A stretch of 64,000 nucleotides of DNA. Source: Gordius albopunctatus. Its lineage: Eukaryota. Position numbers and translations under genes: made by a program. Shown here piece by piece: positions 63,611 through 64,000 of this stretch. The notes below the pieces were generated by a model. That model saw only the letters and a list, made by a program, of their open reading frames with translations. It was not told the origin of the DNA and made no database searches. The stretch is taken from the NCBI GenBank assembly GCA_964276515.1, contig OZ193909.1, positions 10,664,001 to 10,728,000 on the forward strand, written 5' to 3'. The number at the start of each line of letters is the position of its first letter. Position 1 is the stretch's first letter.

Positions 63611-64000
63611 ATTAGAATAGGAGTATTGAAAAACTAAGTCAAGAAATGGAAGAAGTAGAATTAGCTCGGGAAGAGTAGGAACAACTTAACCATAAATCGG
63701 GGGAAGGTGAGATAGCTTTTAGGGAGAATTGAAAAGTAAAGTAAAAGGAAGGGAAAGTAAAGTAAAAATTATATTATTTAAAGGGGTTTATTTTCCTATT
63801 TATAGCCCCGGGGATCATTGATCCCCTTAGAGGTTATTGACATATCTTCCTATTTTCTATTGGCCTATGTTATCCCTTTTTATTACCCTTTCCCCCTGCA
63901 CCTACAACCCCTCGTACCTATCCTAAAAAGGAATAGCCATTTAACCAAACTTATCCAAACTTATTTTCCAACCCATTAATCTTAATGGTTAACACAACTA

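Overview
AT-rich metazoan (invertebrate-like) genomic DNA with spliceosomal GT-AG introns, some very short (32, 36 and 48 nt). I can reconstruct five host genes: the 3' part of a calcium channel alpha2/delta subunit (+), BUD31 (+), a pgant9/gly-5-type polypeptide GalNAc transferase (+), an SLC16 monocarboxylate transporter (-) and TRIM37 (+). Much of the remainder is transposon-derived: two related Ty3/Gypsy copies, hAT deletion derivatives and MITEs with 8-bp TSDs, a foldback element, RTE LINE pieces and a Helitron. Two items stand out. (1) A ~2.9-kb minus-strand retroelement (23273-26154) bounded by 117-bp direct repeats. It encodes an ORF1 plus RT-RNase H with motifs intermediate between DIRS and hepadnaviruses, and I see no protease, integrase or tyrosine recombinase. 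(2) A conserved extra Arg-rich, zinc-knuckle-like ORF lying between integrase and the PPT in both Gypsy copies. All family assignments come from recognising motifs by eye; no searches were run.
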